A DNA stretch of 63,736 nucleotides, the filler included, from Bigelowiella natans CCMP2755 (taxonomy: Eukaryota > Protista > Cercozoa), in assembly GCA_000320545.1 (NCBI GenBank). It is 5 parts of 5 records of this genome, joined end to end, with 100 filler letters (N's around TTAATTAATTAA, not from the genome) between each part and the next. Parts side by side here need not be neighbours in the genome. Positions count along the whole stretch, not along the records: positions 22,985 to 36,945 come from ADNK01003313.1; positions 37,046 to 62,316 come from ADNK01001588.1; 3 more parts are not named here. One strand, given 5' to 3'. Both the position numbers and the translations under genes were made by a program. Of the stretch, positions 24,393 to 37,545 are shown piece after piece. The notes beneath the pieces were generated by a model, which saw nothing but the letters and a program-made list of their open reading frames with translations, was not told the DNA's origin and made no database searches. Each line of letters opens with the position of its first letter. The first letter of the stretch is position 1.

Positions 24393-26763
24393 TCAGTTTG
24401 CAGTCATTCCTTCTCCTAGAATGATTTCAACAACGTGCTTGAATCGTGCAATGTGCCCGGGCTTCATACCGATCGATTTGGCTATTGCATCACGCTCTTC
24501 CTTAGAGGCCTGATGGATGAGCAGCAGCGGCATACAATTCAAAAGTAATATAGTAGTAGTAGTAGTAGTAGTAGTAGTTGTAGTACATGTAACAGTATGA
24601 TGGCGAAAAGGGGCAAACAACCACTCGCAATACAGTTTACAAAGTCAAGTCACATCATCATCATGAGATGAAATTACATGGGGAAGGGCGAAGGATCGAA
24701 GGGATTGCAAAAGCGGGAAATGACTCCATCATCCATACAAATGACTTCATCTTTTATAAGAATGAGTGCGTACTACCTTGAATATTTTAGTAGCATCATG
24801 GTGACCAGCTTTCTCAAAAGCCTCAGCATAGTCCTGGCACTTGCACCTCTCCAGCAGCTGCTGCATGCTTACACGTTGTCGTAGCAGTAGCGACTTGCTC
24901 TGAACTTCTCCTCCTCTCCCTCCTCCCCCCCCCCCCCCTTTTTGCTGGCAATAGATACAGGCACTTGGTCAGCTTCTGAAAAGAGTATTTCTTCTTTTTC
25001 ACGGGAGCAAATGTTTCGCAGAATAGGCATCCGTTGCTTGCCAAAGCTCTTCCGTCGTAACCTACGTGCACGAGCCTTCTTCCCGCTCTAACAAAGTTAG
25101 TGGGGATTGATTGAATTAGGCGAGGGTGTGTTGCTTGCTGAATGGCACTACGAAGGCCATAATGCAAAGGCGGATTCCCCTTCTCCCGTGCAACCCAAGT
25201 GCCCTTCGCAAATTATCACGCAGTTGTATTAATGCACACACACGCACACACACTATACGCGTACAACAGTATTGGAATCTTACATAACCACTACTTCTAT
25301 AGATGAGAAGTAATTGTCACCATGTTCCTTCTCTCCCTCGCGTGTCTTGCTATCGACTCTATCATTTGCGCCCTGGTGGGGGGATTGGCCATATCTCCAT
25401 CAGTCACATCTAGACGCTGCTGCTGCTGCCGCAACAATTGCATCATATTCTCCATTTTCCCTACAAGCGCTTGTCGGTAGATCTTCTTCTCATCATCCTC
25501 ATCGACGGAGTTGCTATTCTGAAGCTCTGACGTATCCGTATTGCTTTGCATGATCATTAGTCGTTCCTTCGTCGCCAACACTTCCTTCTGCAGCAGCTCT
25601 ACCTCTTTCATTGTGTTGACCTGCCCTTCAGTCGATTGTCCCTTTGTCTTCTTCTGCAGCCGGTCAAACCTCGTTTTGAGCAGTGTCATTTTTCGCTCCC
25701 TATTTTGGCGCAGTTGTTTCATCGTCTCTCTCTCCTTTTCCGATTTCTGAAGATTTGCAGCTATTATTTTAGGCTTTCGGACTCCCGTGTCGTGTGTATA
25801 CTTTGTCGGATTTGGGTGGGCACGAATCCATGTTTGCCAGCGATGTCTTACCTGTTTCAATTGGTCCAACTCGGCCTCTAGCCCATCTTTCATGGAGGCC
25901 AGATTAGCTTCTTTCGACTCGATCGAGTTAGCGTTCGTGGTGATGCTCGCCCTTTGAGCTTGTTCTTGTGAAATTCGGAATTCTTGTTCAATAGCTGCCA
26001 TCTCCATCTTCAGTTGACTTGCTTGCTGCCTCGCCTTTTCCTGTGCCTCCTCAGCCTTTTTGAGACTGCGGACAAGCTCTTCGCGCCGCGCGGCGAGGTT
26101 CAACTGATTACTTTCCTTGCTCTCTTTGGCCTCGATCTCATTTCTTAGATTATCTGAATTAGGCCCCTGTTGCACTCCGTCCTTATCGATAACCTTAAAT
26201 GACTCCTTGGCTTCGTCTTCGCTATCCGCAGCCTCATTCTTTCTTGCCATCATGAGAAGAAACTCAGGGAAATCGATATCACCATTTCTGTCAGCATCGA
26301 CTTGGTCGATCATGAACTGCAGCTCAGGCTCTGTAGGGTTTTGTCCCAGGGAGCGTATGACGGATCCCAGCTCTTTGGTAGCGATAGACCCATCGCCGTC
26401 TTTATCGAAAAGGGAGAAGGCCTCTTTAAATTCAGCAATTTGCTTCTCAGAGAGCTGCCTGGTTGCATCCTGATCAGACGTTGTGTTTTTAGTCCTTCTT
26501 TCTTTCACCAGCCTTGCCTCTTTTGCCTTTGCCCTGGCAATTATGAGATCCCTTAAGCCCAGCTTCCTATTCATGTCTGTAAACCACATCATTATGTGCT
26601 TAAGTCCTCGCAACCACAACCCAAGCCCCCCTCTCCCCTCTCCATCATATCGATGCCTCAAAAGGAACCTTCCGGGAAATATCAAGATTTTGTGAAATAT
26701 GCATAAATAAGAAAAAAAACCGGGGGGATATTCCTCTGCGACAAGCTCTCTTTCACTTTTCAC
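24393..26763 (-). CDS. Chimeric protein: hydrophobic segment - calmodulin fragment (EF1, EF2, part of EF3) - coiled coil - C-terminal SAM-like domain; 5' end uncertain
   Basis: ORF 25297-26763 contains [79 protein letters not shown]. Downstream exons [32 protein letters not shown] (~24778-24873) | [27 protein letters not shown] (24393-24509) fit a SAM fold. Exon linkage is inferred. Confidence 0.7.
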
Positions 26764-27643
26764 TCGTAAAATCCCCGTTAAACTTTTTCAGCATATTTCA
26801 CAAAATCTGGATATTTTTTCGGGGAAAGGTCTTTGAGGCATCGATCGACATGATGGAGAGCAATGGCCTCTTGGAAGAGCTTCTTGCTTGAGCGAGAGAA
26901 ACAGAGGAGGCAGAGGGAAGAGAGGTGAAGCAAGTGCCTGTATCTGGACGAGGAGAAGGGGGGGGGGGGGAGGAGCAGTTCAGAGCAAGTCGCCTGCAAC
27001 GTGTTGCTAGATCTCCAAAACTGCCTGGCTACAGCATCCGTGCTAGCATGCTAGCATGCCACGCGTCTATACATGCATGGCATGCATGCTAGCATGTTGT
27101 AAGTTTGATATTAAAATGCTAGGTAGCTACACATGCGGCTAATGCGCACAATTAACATGACGTACATGGCATGCCACATCGCAGCAATGAACAGCCTGTG
27201 CAAAATCGTGCAAGGCACACCTTGCAACATGCTGCAAAGCTAGCTAGCTAGCTAGATAGGCGTCAATTGGTACAGGTACGCTAGCTAGCTAGCACGTTCA
27301 CAACCTAGCAACACAAGAATGCTACATTACAACATTGCACGTTGCAGTGCATGTGTGCGACTATGCTGAGACACGCGTATCTGCAGTGCGGCTTGTGTTA
27401 TGTGATGCACGCAGTGCAGTAATGCTAGAATGCAGGATGCGTGAAGATGCTGAGCGGCAATCATCCATGCTAGCATGCGTGCTCGTTGCCAGCACAGTAA
27501 CCAAGCTAGCAAGGCAATCTATCTAGCTATGTGCGCTTGATGATGATCATGCTACTTGTAGCATGTATTGTCATGATGTCGTGGATTAAACTACGCTCCT
27601 GTCATCGTCGGTTGCTGGCCGAAGCTCTTGCTCAGATGATGTT

Positions 27644-27718
27644 TCAGGGCACCTTCAAAATTTCTTGGCGCTTGATCATATCCTCGATGCCTTGATTTCG
27701 TGGTAAAGAGATTATAAA

Positions 27719-27771
<53 letters not shown>

Positions 27772-27887
27772 GGTAAATATATATATATATATATACATTA
27801 GTTAATCCTTGGAAATGGTTGCGTGCATGAATTACCTTCATTCAATGGAACGCATGGTTTCCCGAGAATTGTGTAGAGCTGTAAGAT

Positions 27888-27921
<34 letters not shown>

Positions 27922-28203
27922 GACAACAACTTAGTCACCCCTATCGCTCGCTCATAGAATGCTCATTTGAAAGCATGCATCATAACGGCATTTCGGCAAT
28001 CTCAGAGCTATGTTTCGAGTTGTGAATATCAAATAATATATTCCGTGAAAGAAGCATGGTTTTCTCTTCTTGCGGCCGCTTGACCACGTACCCTTGAGCT
28101 TTCCATCGTGATATCCTTAGGGGGGGGGGTGGGGGGGGTATGACGTTATTAATCATGCTGGCATGGAAGAGAAGCAACGTTGTAGCACGGGATAGAATGA
28201 AGC

Positions 28204-28244
<41 letters not shown>

Positions 28245-28387
28245 TTTGGTGCCGGCTAACAGTAATTAGAAAGCGTAAGGTTTTTGCGGTTGATTGCGTT
28301 CTCTGTCCTCATTTGCTCCAACCCCGCTCCTCTCTCTCTTTCTCTTTCTCTTTCTCTCCCACATTCTCTCTCTTTCTTCTCCTTCTT

Positions 28388-28418
<31 letters not shown>

Positions 28419-28494
28419 TCCTTCTCTCTTTGTACCGCAGGGCTTTTGAAGGTGTGCGCCCACTTTTGTTTGCATTCCGCGCGTGTCATGGCTA

Positions 28495-28533
<39 letters not shown>

Positions 28534-28671
28534 ATTTGGGTGTGTGTGTGTGTGTGTGTGTCGTAGTAGGACAAGGGAAATAATAGAACCGAATATTAGC
28601 GCCTCACAGATTTTGTACACGGCAAAAAGAGGCCATTCAAAGACTACATGTGCATATACAACCGGTGGCTT

Positions 28672-28711
<40 letters not shown>

Positions 28712-29731
28712 AATCATATCGTGTTGGACACTCACGCAGGATGCTGTCCTTCTTCAGATTCAGCTTCTCTGCCACCACCTCTGCATACCTGATTTTTGTG
28801 TTTTTTTAAAAAAATTAAAAAGCAGCACGTCTTAAATGCCATCATGATGATGATGATCATCATCCACCTCCAATACCAGATACGGTGGCTCCTCACATTG
28901 AGAGCAGGGAGGAAGCTGTGAGGAGGGCCCATTTTCAAAGGACGTCTGCTGCTGGTTGCTCACTCCCACCACCACCACCACCACCACCAGCAAAGGGGAA
29001 ATACAGCTATTTTGGTCAAAAATTGGGTCAGAAACTTACTTATCCCGCGACCACGTTCCATTTCCGCCCATGCAGTAGATTCGCTCAAAGGATGCTGTAT
29101 TTCACCACCATTTGACTATCATCATCATCATCATCATCATCATCGTCGTCATCATCGTCATCATCATCGTCATCACCGCATCAGATTGCAAGCAGGCGGC
29201 GTTGGATTGCAAGGCATGTACACTGCAAGGAAATCATCAATGAGAGCCTATGCTCCCCTCTGCTTTCTCCCATCACTCGAAACGCGTGCGTTTGCGGGTT
29301 TCTCTCGAGCACAAGGCCGTGGCCGATTGGAAGAGACAAGGAAGAACACCTTGCTCCGCATACAGAGAAGCGTCATAATTGAAGACGAAGTAAAGAACGG
29401 CCTTCACCACATCCCGGACGTATATCTGCACACAAGACAGTCACGAATCAGCTACACACCGCGCAACAACAAACTGCACGCCGCCGCAGCTCTCATCAGC
29501 ACGCAGGCAGCTTCGGTTCTTTTTTGGTGGGAGGAATGCCAACGCGTCTCTCGTATCGTGCAACGATGCGATGCCGGGGCGCGCTCTTCTACGGACATGA
29601 GAGCGCTTTTCCTCGGAAAAGAATGGCGACTTTTCTGGCTTTTTTAGGAGCCCTTCCTGTGGGGAGGAAAAGACAAAAGAGAGCGGATTGAAAGGGGAAC
29701 CGCACTGAGGAAGACACACTTAGATGTGTGC

Positions 29732-29769
<38 letters not shown>

Positions 29770-30046
29770 CAGACACTGCAGCAAAGAAACACAAGCGTAA
29801 CCGCTCTCCGCATGGAAAAATCGAGTCGCTTCTGTTTTTTTTGGGGTATTTTAGCTTTGCGAGCGGGCATGCCCCTCCAAGGATGATGACCGTCATCTGA
29901 AGAAAGGTTCCCTTCTTAGAGCACTGGCGGGGGGGCGGAGGGCCATATATGCCACTTGACCTCAAAATGAGATAATCCTCTGTTTGGTGGAGTAGGCAAA
30001 GGGAGGGGGGGAGGAGGGAGGGAGGCTTTAATGGCGGCGTGGAGAG

Positions 30047-30088
<42 letters not shown>

Positions 30089-30389
30089 ATTGCGTGGGGC
30101 GCCTCGGTTTTTGGCGTGAAGTGAGAATAACAATCCACGTACATCCTCAAAGCGGAGAGTGATACACCGCAGTGAACGCCTCATCATGTATCTTCTCTCT
30201 CCATCATAACATCTCTCTCTCTCTCTTTTCTCTCTAGTGTTACTACCTAATTGCCTAAGGTTCTCCTCGGCCATCAGCTTCGTCTTGCCGTACGCGTTTA
30301 TCGGCTGACGTGATAGGATCAGCACCAAAGCAGACAGAAATCGCATGGTTGCTTTCATCATACGCGCTGCGGAACAAAGTAAATCCGAA

Positions 30390-30432
<43 letters not shown>

Positions 30433-32173
30433 GGCGGTATCTTGTTCTTCTCCCTCACGCAAAACGCAAAACAACACAGGTGTGGCCTACTCACAATCGT
30501 CGAGGATTTGTTGGTGTAGGGGCCGTCGGGACTCACACCAGAGTACACCTACAACAACAACAACAACAACAACAGCAGCGCGTGATTCACATCAGTACAA
30601 GCAATGGGACTGAAACCATCAGTGTTATTGCCGATAACCACCCTGCTACATTGCCTCGGTGCTATAGCTTTTAGCTACTACACTAGCGGGTACAGGCAAC
30701 ACGCCAAGGCGGATGGAGCGGAATGAGGAGGAGGGTGGATGAGGGGGGGGGGGGGGGAGTATACCTGATCTGTTGATATATGTATAACCAGGGCCTGGGG
30801 CACGATAGATTTCACCGCGTCGACCAAAGCTTTAGCGGAGTTTAAACTGGAAGAAGAGATAATGTATTTATACCGTGGCGGCGATGAAGAGTTTCAAGAA
30901 AGAATCCAGGAATGTATACAGAGGATTGTGATGATGATGATGATGATGATTTGACTAATATAAGTGCTAGGTTCCGTGTATCCGCCGTGAACCGACGCTG
31001 AGTGGCATGCGACCGAGCAAAGCATGATGATAGTTATGATAATGATGGTGGTGATGATGGTGATGATATCAGCCAACACTAACACGTTATTTTCCCTTAG
31101 AGATGCATACAATTGACCAAGCTACCCATTCTTTACAACGTTACACAATAAAGGTAGGAAGGGGGGGGGGGGGTGAGTGGTGAGTTACGGCCCCACTTTT
31201 CAGCAAGCTCTTTCTTCTTTTCACACACTGTTGACAGGAGGATAAACCAGGAGGAGAAGAAGGAAGGGGGGGGGGGGGGGATGTGCATCCATTGTGTCAG
31301 ATAACGAGGGTTTCTTCTTTCACCCCTTTCTTCGCGCATTTTCTCTACACTCGAGCGTGGTTTGTGAATACAATTCATTCATACATCCTAAGAGTACTAC
31401 AGCGCTGTAGATCCCCTATGCTCCCTTCTGTACGTTGTTCATGGTGATGGTGTCATGCTATCGAATGCGCTGAAACCTGCCGGCGACGAGAGAGCCATTG
31501 TGTTGATGATAATGTCCGGCTGATAGTAAGCGAGATTGTCAAGAGGGCGTGATTGCAATAGAATATCGCTCTCCCAAAGTAGCTCACCCATACTCCCCCC
31601 CCCCTCAACCACGGTAGCATTGCGCGCTGCCGACTACGACCTACCTTCACACTCTTGAGGACGCTTTTCACGCTTTTCAAATCGGACCCATCCATCTTGA
31701 CCCCCTTCACGCCGAAGGGCACCTGTATTTATGAGAGGGAGGGAGGAAGGAGGGGGGGGAGGGGGGGGGGTTATTATAGCAGGGATCATAAAATACTCGA
31801 AACAGAAGAAGATGGAGGGGGGCGTCCTCGTACCGCCTCCTTCGGAGAGATGCTGTGCGTTGCTCCAGAGATCGTCAAGTTTTCCTTGGCTTTCCTCGCC
31901 TTGAAGATGGTAGAAAATCAGCTACGGTATGGTCTCCACCGTCCATAAACACGGGAGAGGCATGGGGTGTGAGAAGCATACATTTCCTTCCATTGCTCCA
32001 GCGCACTACTCACACACACACACACACACACACACACGCATACACACACACACACACACACAGGCTGATCTTCACAACAAAGAACAAATATATAACCAGG
32101 AGGGCATCGACAATGAACTGTCCAAGATATCCACTCGCACCAGTGACCAAAATCTTCTTGGGAGTCCCCCCAT
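27644..32173 (-). CDS. RmlD-like / MAT2B-like extended SDR (NAD(P)-dependent reductase), multi-exon
   Basis: Exons: PKKILVTGASGYLGQFIVDALL (~32097-32165), PDIIINTMALSSP, CEKKKELAEK, LNSAKALVDAVKSIVPQALVIHISTDQ|VYSG, PINAYGKTKLMAEE (YxxxK), YLILRSSGIYGP, FFSEEKRSH|IYVRDVVKAV, DITMESSR, GIEDMIKRQEILKVP*. The start ATG at 32173 needs a G-run indel or an upstream exon. Confidence 0.85.
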
Positions 32174-32399
32174 ACTGACCACATCAACCTTCAGCTCAAA
32201 ACTACCAGGCGGCCTCATTTTCGCACAAAGAAAGACGCTGAGGTCGGTGAGGATGGGCAGGGACAACTTACTTACCCCTCTCGATAAACTGCAGTCACTG
32301 CCCATCGTTCAGAAATATCCTCTCAATGAATCTGTATTGACGGGACAAAGCAAGGTGTGATCAGGAGCAGGCCAACGTGACTACGGGTGCTGATATGAG

Positions 32400-33350
32400 T
32401 TGTCCTTTTTCATGTGCGCGACAAGCTTTTTTTCACTTTTTCTTGAGGAAAACGAGGATAATTTCTTCTTCTGCTCACCTTTCCGTGAATCACTGGAGAC
32501 GTTCATGTTCATCTCGCACCCTGCCGCGGCATGCTGTCTTCATTCATTCCCGCTAGTTTGCTAGTCAGTCCTCACTGAAGCCAGTTGGAGGCACTGCATT
32601 TCGCACATTGCAAGTGTCTTGTCACACTTTGGAAATGTGGTTTTTCATCATTGTTCTCATTGTTCTCATTGTTCTCATCGTGGCGATCAAAATTTGCAAT
32701 CGATTCGGACGTGTCAAGCTAGCAACACGCACACATCAAGGTGTCCCAGTGCGTGCCAGCGTGGTGCAACTCATTTTCTGTGATTGTTGTTGTTTGCACA
32801 TGACACACTCCAGACATGATGGACATGGACAAGATGATCAAGTTCCTGGACGTGCACGTGAGCAGAGCGGCGTCGTCAGACGTCTGGTTAGCTAGGCTAG
32901 CTAGCACTTCCATGAACTGCAGTAGGCGTGCATGCTGAACATGTAAACATGACTAGATCTAAAGAGCCATGCTGTGTGCGTTCACACTGCTAGACTACCT
33001 CCACCAAGCCACCTAGATTTGCGCATGTTGCGCCTTGCTAGCTTGCATCGGCCTTCAGACACATGCACTGGTCGCATGGCATCACTTTGAATTGGATCCA
33101 TCATCTGGCGCCAGCTAGCCAGGATGCTCATGCAGACCTAAATGTGCATGTTCTGTGCATGTAGCTCCGCCGACATGTCACGTGTTTGTTTGCGCCAGGC
33201 TAGCTGGTGCACGCATTCTATTATTAGCTAGTGATGCGTGCAAATACTTGCCATGCGATCGATGTTATTCACTACCACTTAGTCGCTCGCAAAAAAGAGT
33301 TGAAATTGCAGATGCTCGCTTGACAAGAGGTATTTCTTTTGATCATTGAA
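32400..33350. repeat. TpA-depleted island grading into a CTAG-rich tract
   Basis: TA nearly absent at 32470-32890 except ctag; (cattgttct)x3 repeat; gctagctagc-rich at 32890-33300. Confidence 0.65.
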
Positions 33351-34341
33351 ACTTTCACAGACATATGTCTGTGTTAAATTTAATAATATACAGTAAATAA
33401 TTATTTACACATGCACGAGAACTGAGTCCATACGATCGCGATGCCATCACGAACCACTTAAACACACTATGTTCTGTGACTATTGCGACTACATGGATGG
33501 TGTGGACAGCAGTATCTCACTTACAACTTGGAATAAAATCCATCCAAATTCGTTGCTTCAAGTAAACCACAGTATATGGTTTTTTATTGGTACAGTTTGC
33601 TAGCCAAAAATATGATTATATAACTTTCACTCCCAAAAATGTTGTATTCAGCATGACTTTTGAAATCTCGAAGAATACCTTTAATAGTATCTAAGCTACA
33701 ATGGTTGGTTGGCATCAGACACCCACAATTTATTCGGGCAAACGATGAGATGCTAAGGTACACTAATCTTTATTCATTCACACTGCAAAAAACATACTTA
33801 CGAAACAGACTTATAAAAACAAAATTTGAGTTGTAAGAAGAAGTAACTAAAACTGCTCTTGGCACTCATAGTGGTATACTAATATTACATAGAGTGTGTT
33901 GCAGTGTCTTAGGTAAGGTCGCTGCATTCACTAGAGAGAGAAAATTCAGACTTCATATCAAGAATCGTCCTCGCCTCATCTTCTTGTACCTTGCGACAAT
34001 GCAAAAAGACCCAGAACTCCATCCACCACGTCCTTTTCATATCCAAAGGAGGAGGTTATCGAAGAGATCTTCCGTGCTGCAGTCTCCCCCAACTCGTCCT
34101 CTGTGATAAGCACCCCCAAGTCGAGCCCACCTACCAGCCCACTCAGGAACCGCTTTGGCTTCTTTCGAGACCTCTTCTTACCGCCTACCCAAATCAACGA
34201 ACAAACAGTATTAGAAAAAAAGGACTCCCTATGTGTCATTTGCAAAGATGATCTTGAAATGCTATCGTTTTCGAGTTGAAAGCTCAAATTCCCATCAAAG
34301 CATGCCTGTGCTGCTGACTCGTCGTTACAGGGTGGCAGTTC

Positions 34342-35226
34342 CTATGTGCACGTACCTCTTCGGATTGAGACTTCAGAAACCTGCTTCGAATCACCCGGTC
34401 TCGAGAAAATGTCCAATGTTGGGGTTCTCTGCTCCTGTCTCATTTTGGCTTGAGAGAGTTCTAAATCATACGTTCCTTCGGCACTTCCTCCCTCCATTCC
34501 ACCAAGACCAAAGCCTTCGTGCCTTCTCCTCTGCGCTGCTTCCTCAAGACGCTTTCGCTTGAGCATTTTACATCGCGACATTCGCTCAAAGAACTCCTTC
34601 TTTGTCTCACGCATCTTCTTCTTCTTCTTCTTCTTCAGCGGCCTTCCCCTTGCAGAAGCCTTAGTTCGTTTGTTTCGCTGCGGCAAAGCAGTCTGAGCTG
34701 TGGCATCAGGAGTAGCCTGGGCTGTGGAAGCAGTTTCTTTCTTGAAGTTAGAACGGTGCTCATGCTGCTGAATTCTACATTTAAACTCTTCCTCTGATTC
34801 AGGCGCCGACGATTGCTGTTGCAATTTACCTTTTCGAGGCATGCCAGTCGGAATCGCAACAACGGAAGGATCGGAAGACACCATTCTGGGGAGAAACTTC
34901 GCAGATGTTTTACTGACGTGGTGCGTCCTCACAAGTAGGGCCGCTACACCTTCTTGCTTTTGAGGAGTTGCATTGAAATCAAAGGTATTTTCTAGCTTTG
35001 CTTGAACTGCTGCTACTGCTCGATCTTTGTGCGCAGACACCGCCCTTGTCGACGCCTGCATGATTTTATCGTTTTGATGAGGTGCCCTTTTACCTCCATC
35101 GCTACCATGTTCAGTTTGTTTCTGAGTTCCGACGATAAATTTCGTCGGCAATCTATTGTAGAAGAACTTCGAATCCTGGAGGACAAGCGTTACAGAAGCA
35201 CGATGAGTACGCAAAAGATCTACCAT
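34342..35226 (-). CDS. Hypothetical basic/low-complexity protein (294 aa, intronless; may continue in 33976-34287)
   Basis: ATG-initiated 294-codon ORF in normal-composition DNA with a poly-Lys tract; no recognisable domain. Confidence 0.35.
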   Translation of the reverse strand: MVDLLRTHRASVTLVLQDSKFFYNRLPTKFIVGTQKQTEHGSDGGKRAPHQNDKIMQASTRAVSAHKDRAVAAVQAKLENTFDFNATPQKQEGVAALLVRTHHVSKTSAKFLPRMVSSDPSVVAIPTGMPRKGKLQQQSSAPESEEEFKCRIQQHEHRSNFKKETASTAQATPDATAQTALPQRNKRTKASARGRPLKKKKKKKMRETKKEFFERMSRCKMLKRKRLEEAAQRRRHEGFGLGGMEGGSAEGTYDLELSQAKMRQEQRTPTLDIFSRPGDSKQVSEVSIRRGTCT

Positions 35227-36945
35227 GCTATGAATTCACCCCAAAATTTAACACGACGCGTATTATACGATTGAACGGATCTTCCCCAAAGTGTAATTCA
35301 GTTTTTAACGACAGTGAATAAGTGGGGTGTGAGTACTTGAAAAGCCATAGGGTTTATCCCCAGAGTGGCACCGCCCTTCTCCCGATCTGCGAGACTACAC
35401 CCGTTTATTTCGAAAGAATCCATGAGTGAATTTCACGTTATGTGAAACAGCAAGACCTCTGTTATGCTGGATGGGAGTGAGGCTTTGAGTGGGGACGAGT
35501 TGCTGAGAGGGGTATTGCGGCAGAGCTTAGGATTGCCCGAAGGCAAGAAACCCTCTGGAATTCCATACTGCGACAAGACTGAATCAGTTGTCGCTATATG
35601 AAAACTGGGATGCAATGCATATCTCCTTTTGTTCCGACATTAACACAGCAAAGCAAATGGATATTTAACACAGAATTCTCGACAGATTTCAGGCAAATGA
35701 AGGAATTATTGCGAGGACGACTTCTTACAGAGGCGAAGGATGATGAAAATGATCGGTTTCTCATCAGTTCGAATCTCGAAAATAATTCTGTTTCTCAGGT
35801 AAGGGCGGGAACAGAACTCGAGTTTCCCGCGCATTTTCTCATATGTGTGGCATAAACAGCTACGACAATTAAACAAGCATGTCTCACCGAAAATAAACAT
35901 GCTTTATTTCTCAGTTTCATCCTTTTTCTCTAGATAATATCCGGTTTTACCTGATCACCATAAAAACGCCCTGCATTTCCAATAACTTCCTCAGAACCGA
36001 GCCGGCACGTGTTCGTTCGGAAATGGCCATGCGGCTCCGGCGCTCACGGATATGCGTCGCTATGACCGTCGGGTTGTTGATGGTTCTGAAGCTGATGGGG
36101 ATTAGTCCAAACCGCCATGATCAACACGGTTATCTGAGAGGGATGCAGAGCGAAGGCGATAAACGGAAATGTGCAAGCGCAGGTACAAGTTGAGGAACTT
36201 GCAGAAGAAAAACCATAGGATTTGCATGATCTCTGCAACCTTGGACGAATACTCGTGACCAAGACAAGCACATGCATGGACCCTTCTTGAGATATGTCTG
36301 GAAATATCAAAGGTTTCGACGGTTTGAAGGGCCTCATCAGACTGGACGAGAAGCCATTGGACAAGGACACGTTGAAGAAAATCCACAAACAACTAACTGA
36401 AAGTAATTCATTCTCTTGATGTGAAGTATCTCTAAGATCGTGTATAGAGAGATGGAAGCTACACACACATTACTTTTAGAGTAGAACCGGCGGTGGGGGG
36501 GTGCACGAGTTAGTAATAGCAATGCTAATGACATATTCGCAAGCTGCGATTTACCATTCTCTCCGACTGCAACGAACAGCAAATATCGATGATATCCATC
36601 AATCGATCCATCAAGCGCTTGGATTTGTCCCGGGTGCCAACAGCTCTATATGGAAGGGCTCAGGCGAGGTCGAATGCATTGTGACCGGAAACGATAGCTT
36701 CTGCCTGCAAAATGCCGTGTTGTGCTACTTCTTGGCATCGTCTTTGTTTGTTTAGAATTCGTTGTGTACATCATAGTGATGATAGCGAGAATACTTCTCC
36801 TCACACCCTGTAACGTATGCTACTAATTCCTGACGACGTTGTTAATGTTACCACCATGCCAGATCTTGATACATCCTTCGACAGTGATTGGGAGTTGTTT
36901 AGAAGAGCTGGCAGCAATTGCGAACGAAACGGGGGGGGGGGGGGG

Positions 36946-37045
36946 NNNNNNNNNNNNNNNNNNNNNNNNNNNNNNNNNNNNNNNNNNNNTTAATTAATTA
37001 ANNNNNNNNNNNNNNNNNNNNNNNNNNNNNNNNNNNNNNNNNNNN
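36946..37045. other. Artificial contig spacer
   Basis: 44N-TTAATTAATTAA-44N. Confidence 0.98.
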
Positions 37046-37404
37046 AGTGACCAAGGGCATATATCGGTGAGCTTCAGCCTAGTACGAGGTGTGATACTGC
37101 AAGAGGGGTCAACTGAATGTTCGCGGAGAAGGAGCATCCGATGATCACCTGAGGGTTTCGACATCGACCTCCTTTCCCACCCCCGGATATTCTCCGCAGA
37201 GTCCTAAATCTCTTTTCAATCTGTGTGAAGCATGGATCGAAAACAGATCATGTCAGATCCAATTGGATTCGGAGCAAATCGCGAAACACTGGGTATAAAA
37301 CAGTCGCCCAATAAGCTGAAGTATGGACCGGGTGACCATGCCCATGAATCGATATTTTTTTATAATCTGAAAAATAATCAGGGAGCCAACGAACCGCAAT
37401 TTGT

Positions 37405-37545
37405 ACACTACTACTACTACTACTACTTATTATACTACTACTACTACTACTTATACTACTTATTCTACTTCTACTACCACTACCACCACCACCACCACCA
37501 CCACCACCACCACCACCACCACCACCACCACCACCACCACTACCG
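37405..37545 (+). repeat. Compound (TAC)n-(CAC)n trinucleotide microsatellite
   Basis: tactactac.. grading through taccac into caccaccac. Confidence 0.9.

Noticed and set aside
25150-25200. GNPPLHYG ankyrin-like motif
   Set aside because: Single short match without a supporting repeat; not called.
30580-30605. Plus-strand VIHISTS resembling the SDR motif VIHISTD
   Set aside because: Lies antisense within an intron of the RmlD-like gene; most likely coincidence.
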